From the NCBI GenBank assembly GCA_022340845.1, contig JAJDNG010000066.1, forward strand, positions 1 through 45,057: 45,057 nucleotides of DNA. Reading direction: 5' to 3'. Under the pieces are notes generated by a model. That model was not told the DNA's origin. It did no database searches and saw only the letters and a list, made by a program, of their open reading frames with translations. Position 1 is the first letter of the stretch, and the number at the start of each line of letters is the position of its first letter. Position numbers and translations under genes: made by a program. Of the stretch, positions 18,385-27,474 are shown one piece after another. This DNA comes from Gammaproteobacteria bacterium. GTDB taxonomy: Bacteria; Pseudomonadota; Gammaproteobacteria; SZUA-152.

Positions 18385-19779
18385 TCACGCGGCTAATTGC
18401 CGCGCCATGGTTTCCAGTTCCTCTCGCCCTTCAACGATCTTCTCCAAGATGGCTATGGCCTGCGCATCGGATAATCCCACTTTCTCCATTAACTCTGCCG
18501 GCAATTCGTCACTGATGGCGTCGCCGATATCATGGCGTTTTAGCAATTGATTGGCAATATTCACCAGCCGGACATACTCCGCATGCGGTCCCGAATAATT
18601 CCCGTTGTGGTGTTCGGAAATGGTAACGTGCACCTCTTCGGGCATGTTCCACGCTTCCATTAACCAACTGCCTAGCTCGGCGTGGTTGGTTCCCAGTAAT
18701 CGTTCTTCATGTTCGATCACCGGGGTGTTGGGGTCCTCGGTGATGGCGTTATTGAGTTTGATAAATTCATTGGGAAACAGATATCCCAGTACCAGGAAAC
18801 CGAAATTATGCAGCAAGCCGCACAAATATGCCGTACCAGGTCGCGGTCTTTGCTTGCTCGCGATAGCGTTGCACAATCCTTGCGATAACGTGGCGTTGTA
18901 GGTCGCATGCCTCCAATGGGCTTGTAAGCCGAACGGCCCTTGCGGGGCGGACTTGAACGGCCGGGTGGCGGCGATCCCTAACGCGATATTCATGACCAGG
19001 TCGTAACCCAATACGCGGGATATGGCCTGGCGTACCGATGCGATGGCTCCCTCGTAACCATAAAATGATGACTGGGCATAACGGATAATTTGAGCCGACA
19101 GGCTGGGATCTTTTTCGATCAGCTTGGCCAGGTCTTCAGCGTGCGCGTATGGATTGGAGTTAAGTTGTATGATTTTTTGCGCCATGCTTGGCATGGGTGG
19201 CATATTGGTGATTTTCTGAATGCGTTGTTTGACATTTGCCTTGGATGCGATCGGTGGTTTTTGCGCAGTCGCTGCATCGGTTGCTTCACCAGTATCGTGA
19301 TTCGCTTCACTGGTGATGTGGGAGAAAGTATTCCCATACCAGGCGTTACTGTGTAGTAATTGAAAATCATGGCCGGAGATGCGGATCAGTTCGTTGGTGT
19401 TGCCGGAGACAAAATACACCAGATCTTTATCCAGTAAACTATCATCGATGATGGTTTCAAAACCGTAAGCCTCACCCAGCGGAGGCAGCATGTCAGGGGT
19501 GCAGTCGGCGAAAATACCGTGATAGTCCTGGGGTTCGGCCGGGCGCAAATTACGGTGTAATTGACGATTTAAGGCTTCCAGGTCCAGATGATGCGGGCCG
19601 GGAACGACCGCCATTACCATGCCGCGCAAGTCTTTCAAAATGAGGGCTTTGGCGATATTGCCGGCGGGTACGTCATCGCTACCTTGTTGTATGACCGTGT
19701 GCACGTCGTCGCAAGGAATGGTCGCATAGCGCACATCTTGTCTGTCCAGATAGCGTCTGATTGTAATCGAAGTAGACAT
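18385..19779 (-). CDS. YbaK/aminoacyl-tRNA-editing-like domain fused to HDOD domain
   Basis: N-terminal 'IAKALILKD..GMVMAVVP..HLDL','FADC..PPLG.AYG' (YbaK); C-terminal 'MPPMPS','IEKDPSLSAQII','AYLCGLLHNFG','NHAELGSWLMEAWNMP' (HDOD); start ATG 19779 with GAGGG RBS. Confidence 0.88.
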   Translation of the reverse strand: MSTSITIRRYLDRQDVRYATIPCDDVHTVIQQGSDDVPAGNIAKALILKDLRGMVMAVVPGPHHLDLEALNRQLHRNLRPAEPQDYHGIFADCTPDMLPPLGEAYGFETIIDDSLLDKDLVYFVSGNTNELIRISGHDFQLLHSNAWYGNTFSHITSEANHDTGEATDAATAQKPPIASKANVKQRIQKITNMPPMPSMAQKIIQLNSNPYAHAEDLAKLIEKDPSLSAQIIRYAQSSFYGYEGAIASVRQAISRVLGYDLVMNIALGIAATRPFKSAPQGPFGLQAHWRHATYNATLSQGLCNAIASKQRPRPGTAYLCGLLHNFGFLVLGYLFPNEFIKLNNAITEDPNTPVIEHEERLLGTNHAELGSWLMEAWNMPEEVHVTISEHHNGNYSGPHAEYVRLVNIANQLLKRHDIGDAISDELPAELMEKVGLSDAQAIAILEKIVEGREELETMARQLAA

Positions 19780-20090
19780 TGGTACCCTCGCAGCTTGCCC
19801 TGTATAAGCCGACATCATAGTGTCAAATGAGAATTTCGAATGTTGATGTTCGGACTTTCGTGTCCAGCTCACGTGTTACTGAAAGCGCCAATCAACCGGA
19901 AATGTTTAGTATTATTGGGTTTATCGGACAAAAGATTCAGCTATTTAGCCCTAAAAACTTCCTGAGCGAACAACCTGTGCAAACAAACAGTACAATCAAG
20001 TATAGACAATAGTAAATAATTTAACCAATACGATGGGCGAGCGTTAGCCACTCATTTTTTGCGTGATTGACGGCCGGGCGTGTTTCGCAA

Positions 20091-23000
20091 TTACTTGGCG
20101 GGCGTTGACGACGAGTTAAGCTTCTGTTGTTCCATAATTTTTTTGAAATCTTCCATGGTGAATTTGGGCTTCTTGCTTCTCGCCGGTTTGACCGACAAGG
20201 ATTTTTGCAGGACGTATTTGCTGCCGTCCGGTCTCATCAGGCTCAGTTGATAGCTGCCCATGGGCAAATTTGCCGGAACCTGCAGTTGAAAATCGTCGTC
20301 CCTGGTCCTGCGCAGGGAGACATCCGCAATCCGGGTTACCGAATTGACGGTTTTGTCCCCGCCGACGAAGATGGCGTGCTCGTTTACGGCCAAAGAATCC
20401 AGGGTGGCAGTCGGCGGATAGACCACGCTTAGCCTGGGGGAGCTGCGGTCGCTAATATCGATGTCTAATACGCCGACAGGCCCGCTCGCCACATACAAAT
20501 GCTGGCCGTACACCTGGATATCGTCAACGACCCCACTGTATTCAAAAAACCCCGTCGGGCGAATTTGATTATCGTGCTGCTGCAACAAGTATATCCCACG
20601 GCCGGTTTCGCTAAGGACGATAGTGTCCTGTGTGACGCGTACCAGGTGTGCCGGTTGCTCGGTAGGGAAATGGGCCAGTGGGACGAGCTGAAAATGTTCG
20701 TTGATGCGGTAAACGGTCAAGCCTTTTTCCGCAGAACTGAGAAATAACTGTCGCTGGTGGAGCTGAAAATCGAAACAGTCATTGCTGTTGTCTCTACAGG
20801 TCATGGGGAGTTGGGTAGCGATGCGCGGATTGCCGGGCTGGCTTACATCCACGAGCAACAGGCCGACACGCTCATCTCTGGCAACCAGCAGGGAATCATC
20901 ACCGCTCACGCGTTGTATTCTACCGGGGGTTTGTAATCGGCCCAGCCAATGCACATAGAATGGATCGGCGATGTCGGCAATGACAATACCTTCGTCGTCC
21001 GCGGCCAGGTAGGCTTTGTCACCCGCCAGGGCGATATCGCGCACCGCGCCGCTGATATCCAAGCCGGTCGCCCAGATAGGATTGAGCGGGTTCTGAATGT
21101 CATACACTTGCATGCCGCCGGCACCGTTGGCGGTATACAAAAAATTATCCTGTATCGCCAACCGTCGTATCAATCCCTTGCCATGATACCGGCCTGCGGC
21201 TTGCGGCTGTAATGGATTACTAATGTCGATGACTTTGATACCGCCCCACCAGTCCCACACATAAGCGTGATTTCTGTAAATGTCCACACCCCAAGCCGAA
21301 CCGTCAGTATCGTAATAAGACACAATTCGCGGGGCGGAGAGTTTGCGTATGTCCACCACCTGCAAGCCCGATTCCCAGCCGGCGATATACGCATAAGGGC
21401 CATCCAAGGCAACACTGCGGGCATTACCTGGAATGGGCGTGTGGCCGGTCAACTGCGGTTGGCGGGGATTGGTGATATCCAGGATGTAAAATCCCTTATC
21501 GAAAAAAGCGACGTAGGCATGATTGCCGGCTATGACAACATCCTCAGCATACCCCTGGGGATCGAACTGGCCGATCAGCTCAATGGCGCCGGGATCGTGC
21601 ACGTCAAATACCAGCAGCCCGGAAGTATCATCCGCCACGTAGGCGAAGCCGTCGGCCACATCAATGGCCCAGGATTTCCCGGGTGTGTCATAACTGCCGA
21701 TGATTTTAGGCTGTTGAATGTCGCTGACATCAATGATGTGAAAACCGCCGCGATGATCGGCGAGATAAATCAGATCGCCCACCAGCTTCATGGTATAGGC
21801 CAGGCCGGATGTTAATATCTCGGAGATTTTGCGCGGCTGTTGCGGGTCACTGATATCGATGATTTGCAGGCCATGGTCGTCGTCGCCCACAAAAGCAATA
21901 TTGTCGCGGACCACCACGCCTTTGGAGGATCCGGGCGTGTGGAAGTTGCCCAGGTGACGCGGGGCGTGGGGAATGCTGATATCGTAAAGATGCAGGCCCG
22001 AAAACCAATCGGCTACGTAGGCGATATTGTCACGAATGAAAGCCCGACGGCTGCCGCCCTGGTTGATGCCTTCATTGGAGATTTGGATGGCTGCACTGGC
22101 CGCAAAGTCAATTCGCTCTACACCCTCGTTAGTGGCTGCAATCACATACGGCCAATCCACCAGCAAGTCGTTTATGTGTCCTTGGGGTTTATAGATACTG
22201 TCCGTAATAGGCAGCTGTGGGTTACTTACATCCAGACTGAGCAACCGCTCGGCGGCGTTATTCACTATGGCGATAATGCCTTGGTAAACGGCGACATCGT
22301 AGACAGGGCCCATTTTATGATGGCTTCCCATCCAATGAATATGTTGGGGATCGCTGACATCAAACACACTCATGCCCGATGCACCACCGGCTACAAATGC
22401 CAGATGGCCCTCCACGGTGATGTCCTGGCCTTGCCCGAATGGGAGGCGAAAACCGGGATTGATGCGGGGGCTGGAGGGATCGCTGGCGTCGATCACTTGC
22501 ACTGCGAATTCATCACCGCTGAGATAAACCTGAGTTCCGGCGACGAAAATCGCGTTAAACCGGCCTTGCAAAGGGACTTCGGCTTGCGGCTGAGTATGGC
22601 GTAGGTTATCAGAACCTGCCAGGGGAAAAATCAGCACTTTTCGCTGTCCGGCCAGTACGTAGGCTTTATCAGAGGCCACCGCCATGGCAGTGACCGGAGC
22701 GTTCAGCGAAAGCGTGCCCTGTAACGCCAACACGCTGTCCGCACCGATGTCATACATCAACACCTTACCGTTGTCGGTACCCGCATATAATTTGTCATTC
22801 TCAACACACAAGGCGGTAATCGGGTGTTTTAGCAACGTCAATCCAAGAGTCTGTGCGTATGGCTTGGAGAAGTCGATGCTGTAAATGGTGTCACCGGCGG
22901 CGGCAAATACGATGTCCTGGTGTTTGGCCAGCACATTGGCGGGCTGGGGAAGTTTGAGAACATGAGTGGCATAAGGCCCCGCCGGCTGCAATGCGGGCAT

Positions 23001-23198
23001 GGCATCGTCTGGCAGGTTCTGCAACGACAGGGAGACAGTAGCCTGCTGGCCAAAATCAACCTGTTCCGGAGCCATAGTGCTGATGCGAACCGTTGACAGT
23101 GTGTCCTCAAAGGTTGCGGCATTCAGCCCCATCCGGGGAGCGCTGAGCAATGTAATACTAAGTAGTATGCAGGTAACGGGTAAAATTTGAATTTTCAT
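20091..23198 (-). CDS. Secreted LVIVD-repeat multi-beta-propeller protein
   Basis: Signal peptide from ATG 23198; about 20 repeats of ~42 aa such as 'AYVADWFSGLHLYDISIP', 'AFVGDDDHGLQIIDISDP', 'AYVADDTSGLLVFDVHDP'. Start could be 23249. Confidence 0.9.
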   Translation of the reverse strand: MKIQILPVTCILLSITLLSAPRMGLNAATFEDTLSTVRISTMAPEQVDFGQQATVSLSLQNLPDDAMPALQPAGPYATHVLKLPQPANVLAKHQDIVFAAAGDTIYSIDFSKPYAQTLGLTLLKHPITALCVENDKLYAGTDNGKVLMYDIGADSVLALQGTLSLNAPVTAMAVASDKAYVLAGQRKVLIFPLAGSDNLRHTQPQAEVPLQGRFNAIFVAGTQVYLSGDEFAVQVIDASDPSSPRINPGFRLPFGQGQDITVEGHLAFVAGGASGMSVFDVSDPQHIHWMGSHHKMGPVYDVAVYQGIIAIVNNAAERLLSLDVSNPQLPITDSIYKPQGHINDLLVDWPYVIAATNEGVERIDFAASAAIQISNEGINQGGSRRAFIRDNIAYVADWFSGLHLYDISIPHAPRHLGNFHTPGSSKGVVVRDNIAFVGDDDHGLQIIDISDPQQPRKISEILTSGLAYTMKLVGDLIYLADHRGGFHIIDVSDIQQPKIIGSYDTPGKSWAIDVADGFAYVADDTSGLLVFDVHDPGAIELIGQFDPQGYAEDVVIAGNHAYVAFFDKGFYILDITNPRQPQLTGHTPIPGNARSVALDGPYAYIAGWESGLQVVDIRKLSAPRIVSYYDTDGSAWGVDIYRNHAYVWDWWGGIKVIDISNPLQPQAAGRYHGKGLIRRLAIQDNFLYTANGAGGMQVYDIQNPLNPIWATGLDISGAVRDIALAGDKAYLAADDEGIVIADIADPFYVHWLGRLQTPGRIQRVSGDDSLLVARDERVGLLLVDVSQPGNPRIATQLPMTCRDNSNDCFDFQLHQRQLFLSSAEKGLTVYRINEHFQLVPLAHFPTEQPAHLVRVTQDTIVLSETGRGIYLLQQHDNQIRPTGFFEYSGVVDDIQVYGQHLYVASGPVGVLDIDISDRSSPRLSVVYPPTATLDSLAVNEHAIFVGGDKTVNSVTRIADVSLRRTRDDDFQLQVPANLPMGSYQLSLMRPDGSKYVLQKSLSVKPARSKKPKFTMEDFKKIMEQQKLNSSSTPAK

Positions 23199-23372
23199 AG
23201 TGCTACGGATTAAATGACGATGAAGCATGTTACGGAGAATTAAAGGCATGGTGTGCAGGTAATTTGAATGATTGCTAACACTGTACAGCGAAGTTTGTTT
23301 ACGAAGTTATTATGGCGGTTGTTGATCGATTGTAAAACCGAACCTTTTCCCCCAAGTCTCAACATTACCCGC

Positions 23373-23996
23373 TTACTGTTTTTCCGGCTTGTCCAATATG
23401 TACGGTGAATGGGGGTAGACCTCCTCAGGATACAGCGGTTCCAATGGGCTGGCCTTGGGAATAGGAGGTACTTGCTCAATCTTCGCAATGGGTTGTTGAC
23501 TGGCCGCTCCCCATTTGCGCAGATTTTCGCTCAATGTTTTGGCGGTTTGCAGGTTTACCGGCTCCGGATCATAAGTGATGCCGCGGAATTCATCATTGAC
23601 CCTTTTTAAATGTATGAAATAGGTTCTTCCGGCTAGAAAATCATATTTCCGGCTGCGGGATACCTCGATAGGCTGCCGTTTGTTGGTGAACCAGGTTTTT
23701 GAATGGGTGGTAATTTCGCCTTTGCCGGGTTGAATCTTAACCATAGTGTAAGAGCCCTCGGAAATTTTCAGCAAGGCATCGCCTTTATAGTCCACGGTGA
23801 GTGGGCTGTCGGCAATGCCTTTGTATTTGACCGGTGCGGGGCGGATAAAATACACATTGGCCGGTTCGACATCAGATGCGGCTTGCAGCGCAGGATTGTC
23901 GCGGTATACCTTGGTCCCGCAGCCGCTGAGTAAAATCGTTGCGCTCAACAGGGAGGCCGCAATATAATAAAAACCGGTTGTTGCATATGGTTTCAT
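23373..23996 (-). CDS. DUF2846-like lipoprotein
   Basis: Lipobox LSGC; 'ANVYFIRP', 'GSYTMVKIQPGKGEI', 'AGRTYFI'. Confidence 0.72.
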   Translation of the reverse strand: MKPYATTGFYYIAASLLSATILLSGCGTKVYRDNPALQAASDVEPANVYFIRPAPVKYKGIADSPLTVDYKGDALLKISEGSYTMVKIQPGKGEITTHSKTWFTNKRQPIEVSRSRKYDFLAGRTYFIHLKRVNDEFRGITYDPEPVNLQTAKTLSENLRKWGAASQQPIAKIEQVPPIPKASPLEPLYPEEVYPHSPYILDKPEKQ

Positions 23997-24013
23997 ATGA
24001 GAGAATTTTTATC

Positions 24014-24047
24014 GTTGTTTTTTATTAAAAGTTGTTTTTTATTAAAA
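24014..24047. repeat. Perfect 17-bp tandem duplication upstream of the DUF2846-like gene
   Basis: gttgttttttattaaaa twice. Confidence 0.8.
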
Positions 24048-24064
24048 AAGTCAGTTTACACCAA

Positions 24065-25105
24065 TCATGGACTGGGGTTAGGGATTTCGGTGTGAATTTG
24101 CTCGATACCCAGCAACACGTCCTGGCTGAGGCTGATATTGATGCTATCCAAATTACTGCGCAGTTGTGCCAGATCGGTGGCCCCAATGATGGTGCTGGTG
24201 ACAAACGGGCGGGAATTGACATACGCCAATGCCATTTGTGCGGGCTCCAGACCATGTTCGCGAGCCAGATTCACATAGGCTTCGGTGGCTTTCAACGCGC
24301 GCGGATTACTGTATCGGTCAAAGCGTTCGAACAAGCTCAAGCGGGCACCGTCGGGACGGGCGCCGTTTAAGTATTTGCCACTCAACATGCCGAAGGCCAT
24401 CGGTGAATACGCCAGTAGACCGCAGCCTTCGCGGTGAGAAATTTCCGATAAACCCACTTCGTAGCTGCGATTCAGAAGATTGTAGGGATTCTGTATGCTG
24501 ACAATACGGGGCAAGTCCTCAGTTTGCGCCAGCTGTAAAAATTGCATCACGCCCCATGGGGTTTCGTTGGAAATACCGATAGTCCGGACTTTTCCGGTTT
24601 TAACAATGTCCGCCAGTGCCTGCAGTGTTTCTTCTATGGCTACCGGCTGATCGTCGGGGTCGAATTCAAAGCCCAGATGGCCGAAAAAATTGGTTTTCCG
24701 GTCGGGCCAATGCAACTGATATAAATCGATATAGTCGGTCTGCAGGCGTTGTAAGCTGTAGTTGAGCGCGGTTTCGATATTCTTGCGATCGAAACAATTG
24801 TTGCCGTCTCTAATATACGCCACCCAGTCACCACGACCGGCGATTTTACTGGCGAGAATGACTTGCTCGCGATTTTGTCGCTGTTTGAGCCAGCTGCCGA
24901 TATAGCGTTCGGTCAACGCATAGGTTTCCGCTTTGGGGGGCACGGGATACAATTCGGCGGTGTCGATGAAATTCACACCCGCTTCCATAGCCAAATCCAA
25001 TTGTTCATGGGCTTCGGCCTCGGTGTTTTGTTCGCCCCACGTCATAGTGCCCAGGCAAATCTGGCTGACTTGGATGTCGGTATGGCCTAACTTTCTGTAT
25101 TGCAT
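24065..25105 (-). CDS. tas: NADP(H)-dependent aldo-keto reductase Tas
   Basis: 'ICLGTMTWGEQN', 'NFIDTAELYPVPP', 'DYIDLYQLHWPDR', 'SIQNPYNLLNR', 'LLAYSPMAFG'. Confidence 0.93.
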   Translation of the reverse strand: MQYRKLGHTDIQVSQICLGTMTWGEQNTEAEAHEQLDLAMEAGVNFIDTAELYPVPPKAETYALTERYIGSWLKQRQNREQVILASKIAGRGDWVAYIRDGNNCFDRKNIETALNYSLQRLQTDYIDLYQLHWPDRKTNFFGHLGFEFDPDDQPVAIEETLQALADIVKTGKVRTIGISNETPWGVMQFLQLAQTEDLPRIVSIQNPYNLLNRSYEVGLSEISHREGCGLLAYSPMAFGMLSGKYLNGARPDGARLSLFERFDRYSNPRALKATEAYVNLAREHGLEPAQMALAYVNSRPFVTSTIIGATDLAQLRSNLDSINISLSQDVLLGIEQIHTEIPNPSP

Positions 25106-25179
25106 GGAATTACCCGCGGTTTAATGATTTTTCGACTATTCTTTGGGAGCTCTGATGCTGCATGGCAGACCGGCGCTCC

Positions 25180-25227
25180 ATTATAGACTCGCGGCCCATT
25201 ATAGGGAGTTCCGTACAAGTGTGACAA
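25180..25227 (-). promoter_or_regulatory. Sigma70-type promoter candidate for tas (TTGTCA-N18-TATAAT, plus a second TATAAT)
   Basis: - strand TTGTCA at 25227-25222; TATAAT at 25203-25198 and at 25185-25180. Confidence 0.5.
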
Positions 25228-25238
25228 CCGCAAGCGAT

Positions 25239-25640
25239 TTATTGAGTGGGTTGAATGACCGGCCGGGGTTTGCCCGCGGCGTCCACCGCAACATAGGTGA
25301 CCGTGGCCTCGGTGACTTTGATGCGCTCCGGATTGGCGGGATTGCGCTCGGCATACACCTCCACCAATACCGTGATGGAGGTAGTGCCGATGCGGGTGAT
25401 GCTCACGTAGCAACTGACCAGATCGCCCACGTAAATAGGTTTGTGGAATTGGAATTCCTTCACCGCCACGGTGACGACGCGGCCTTTGGCTTTGCGGCTG
25501 GCCTCGATACTGCCCGCCAGGTCCACTTGGGCCATAATCCAACCGCCGAATATGTCCCCGGCGAAGTTGGTATCCTGCGGACGGGCCAGCAAGCGTATGG
25601 TCGGTTCGGCCTCAGGCGGTTTGTTGTTTTCGGTGCTCAT
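25239..25640 (-). CDS. yciA: Hotdog-fold acyl-CoA thioesterase (YciA family)
   Basis: 'PQDTNFAGDIFGGWIMAQVDLAG', 'RVVTVAV', 'YVAVD..GKPR'. Confidence 0.9.
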   Translation of the reverse strand: MSTENNKPPEAEPTIRLLARPQDTNFAGDIFGGWIMAQVDLAGSIEASRKAKGRVVTVAVKEFQFHKPIYVGDLVSCYVSITRIGTTSITVLVEVYAERNPANPERIKVTEATVTYVAVDAAGKPRPVIQPTQ

Positions 25641-27474
25641 GGCTAGGCACATCAAAATCGTCGGGTGAATCGTGGCCGGCGTACAAGTTGGCTATGGTAT
25701 CGGCGTAGTGTTCCATGATGCGCTCGCGCTTGAGTTTCAGTGTGGGGGTGATCAAGTCGTTTTCCACGGTCCACGGCTCCAGGGTCAACGCAACCGTTTG
25801 AATCTGCGCATAGCCCGGAAATTCCTTGATTTGCTCGCACACCCGTTGCAATACGGCGCTTACGCTTGCGTCGCTACGCAGTGAATGCGGGTTGTTACAG
25901 TCCTCGCCAAGCTGGGTGCATAGGTTTTGCCACTGGGCCGGATTCAATACCAGCAATGCGGACAAATACGGCCGGCCTTCGCCCACCACCATCACCTGGT
26001 CAAACAGTGGGTCCATGGCAATGGACAGTTCCATATCACTGGGCGGGACTTTTTCGCCGTTGGATAAGACGATGATTTCCTTGAGCCGGCCGGTGATGTA
26101 AATACGGCCTTGTTCGTCGAGCCGGCCTTTGTCCCCGGTGTGCAGCCAGCCTTCGTTATCGATTATGGCTTCAGTGGCTTGTTTGTTGTGCCAATATCCC
26201 AGCATCACCAGGGGGCCGCGCACCAGCAATTCATCATTGTCGCCGATACGCACTTCAGCGCCATTGAGCGGTGGGCCGACACTGGCGGGCTCGTTGTTGC
26301 TCGGTGTGTTGACAGCGATAATGGGGCTGGTTTCCGTCAGCCCATAGCCCTGCAATAACTGTATGCCCAGGCCAATAAAGGTTTTTGCCACCGAAGTGGA
26401 CAAGGGCGCGCCACCGCAAATGGCGACTCGCAGGCGGCCGCCCAGTTTGGCGGCGATTTTACTGGCCACCAGGGCTTTGAGGATGGGCCAGGCCAAATGG
26501 GATTTGTCGGGATGTTCAAACCGGTCCCAGCCCACCGCTACGGCTTTGTGGAACAGGTTCCGGGCAAAAGCCGGTTTTTCCTCCAACTGGGCGGCAATTT
26601 TGTTGTACACCCGTTCGTAGATTCGCGGCACGGATATCAACACCGTGGGACGAATGCTCAGCAGGTCTTCCGCCAGGTCTTGCACGGAACGGGCAAACGC
26701 CGTCTGGGCGCCGGTTAACATGGGAACATAATAACCGGCGGTGCGTTCCAGCATGTGGGATAAGGGCAGAAAAGATAAAAACACATCTTCGCGATAACAT
26801 GGCACTGACTGTACGCCGGCATGTACGTCGCTGAGTATATTGGTATGGCTTAACATGACGCCTTTGGGCCTGCCGGTGGTGCCCGAGGTGTATACAATCG
26901 TGGCCAATTCCCCAGGCTGGCTTTCGTTGGCTTGCAAGTCGTTTTCGTCCAGCGTCTGCGGAATATTTTCCAGCCATTCATCCAGTGTCAGCAAACGACT
27001 GAAGCGGTTGTATTCATGGCACGGTTGCAGGCTTAACAGTCGAACCAGTCCCTCCATTTGCGAAGCAATGGCCTCCAACTCCCGTAACTGTTCGACGCCT
27101 TCAATGAGTAGCAGTTTGATGCCGGCGTTTTGTAATACGTAGGAAATGTTTTCGGTGCGGTCATTAGTGTACATCGGCACAACCACCAGGCCCATGCCTA
27201 AAGCGGCTTGTTCGAACTGGACCCATTGCGGACAATTACGCAACATAATGGCTACCCGGTCGCCGGGGCGCAGGGATTCGTTGGCCAATGCCGCTTGCAT
27301 GCGCGCGACTGTCACCGCGCTCTGGCGCCATGAAAGCTCCTGCCACTTCTGGCTTTGTGGGTGGTAATAACGATACGCCGTTAAATCGGGGCTGCGTTTG
27401 ACGCGCTCTCTAAACAGGCCTGCTAAGGTGCTCGTTTGCTCCGGCGTTATAATGTCCAGTGTCTTAGGATGCAT
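25612..27474 (-). CDS. fadD: Long-chain fatty acid-CoA ligase (AMP-dependent)
   Basis: 'IVYTSGTTGRPKGVMLSH', 'FLPLSH', 'QGYGLTE', 'GWLHTGDKG', 'TPTLKLKR'. Confidence 0.92.
   Translation of the reverse strand: MHPKTLDIITPEQTSTLAGLFRERVKRSPDLTAYRYYHPQSQKWQELSWRQSAVTVARMQAALANESLRPGDRVAIMLRNCPQWVQFEQAALGMGLVVVPMYTNDRTENISYVLQNAGIKLLLIEGVEQLRELEAIASQMEGLVRLLSLQPCHEYNRFSRLLTLDEWLENIPQTLDENDLQANESQPGELATIVYTSGTTGRPKGVMLSHTNILSDVHAGVQSVPCYREDVFLSFLPLSHMLERTAGYYVPMLTGAQTAFARSVQDLAEDLLSIRPTVLISVPRIYERVYNKIAAQLEEKPAFARNLFHKAVAVGWDRFEHPDKSHLAWPILKALVASKIAAKLGGRLRVAICGGAPLSTSVAKTFIGLGIQLLQGYGLTETSPIIAVNTPSNNEPASVGPPLNGAEVRIGDNDELLVRGPLVMLGYWHNKQATEAIIDNEGWLHTGDKGRLDEQGRIYITGRLKEIIVLSNGEKVPPSDMELSIAMDPLFDQVMVVGEGRPYLSALLVLNPAQWQNLCTQLGEDCNNPHSLRSDASVSAVLQRVCEQIKEFPGYAQIQTVALTLEPWTVENDLITPTLKLKRERIMEHYADTIANLYAGHDSPDDFDVPSHEHRKQQTA

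Noticed and set aside
21267-22604. Long antisense ORFs 21267..21815 and 21840..22604
   Set aside because: Shadow frames of the repetitive LVIVD gene.
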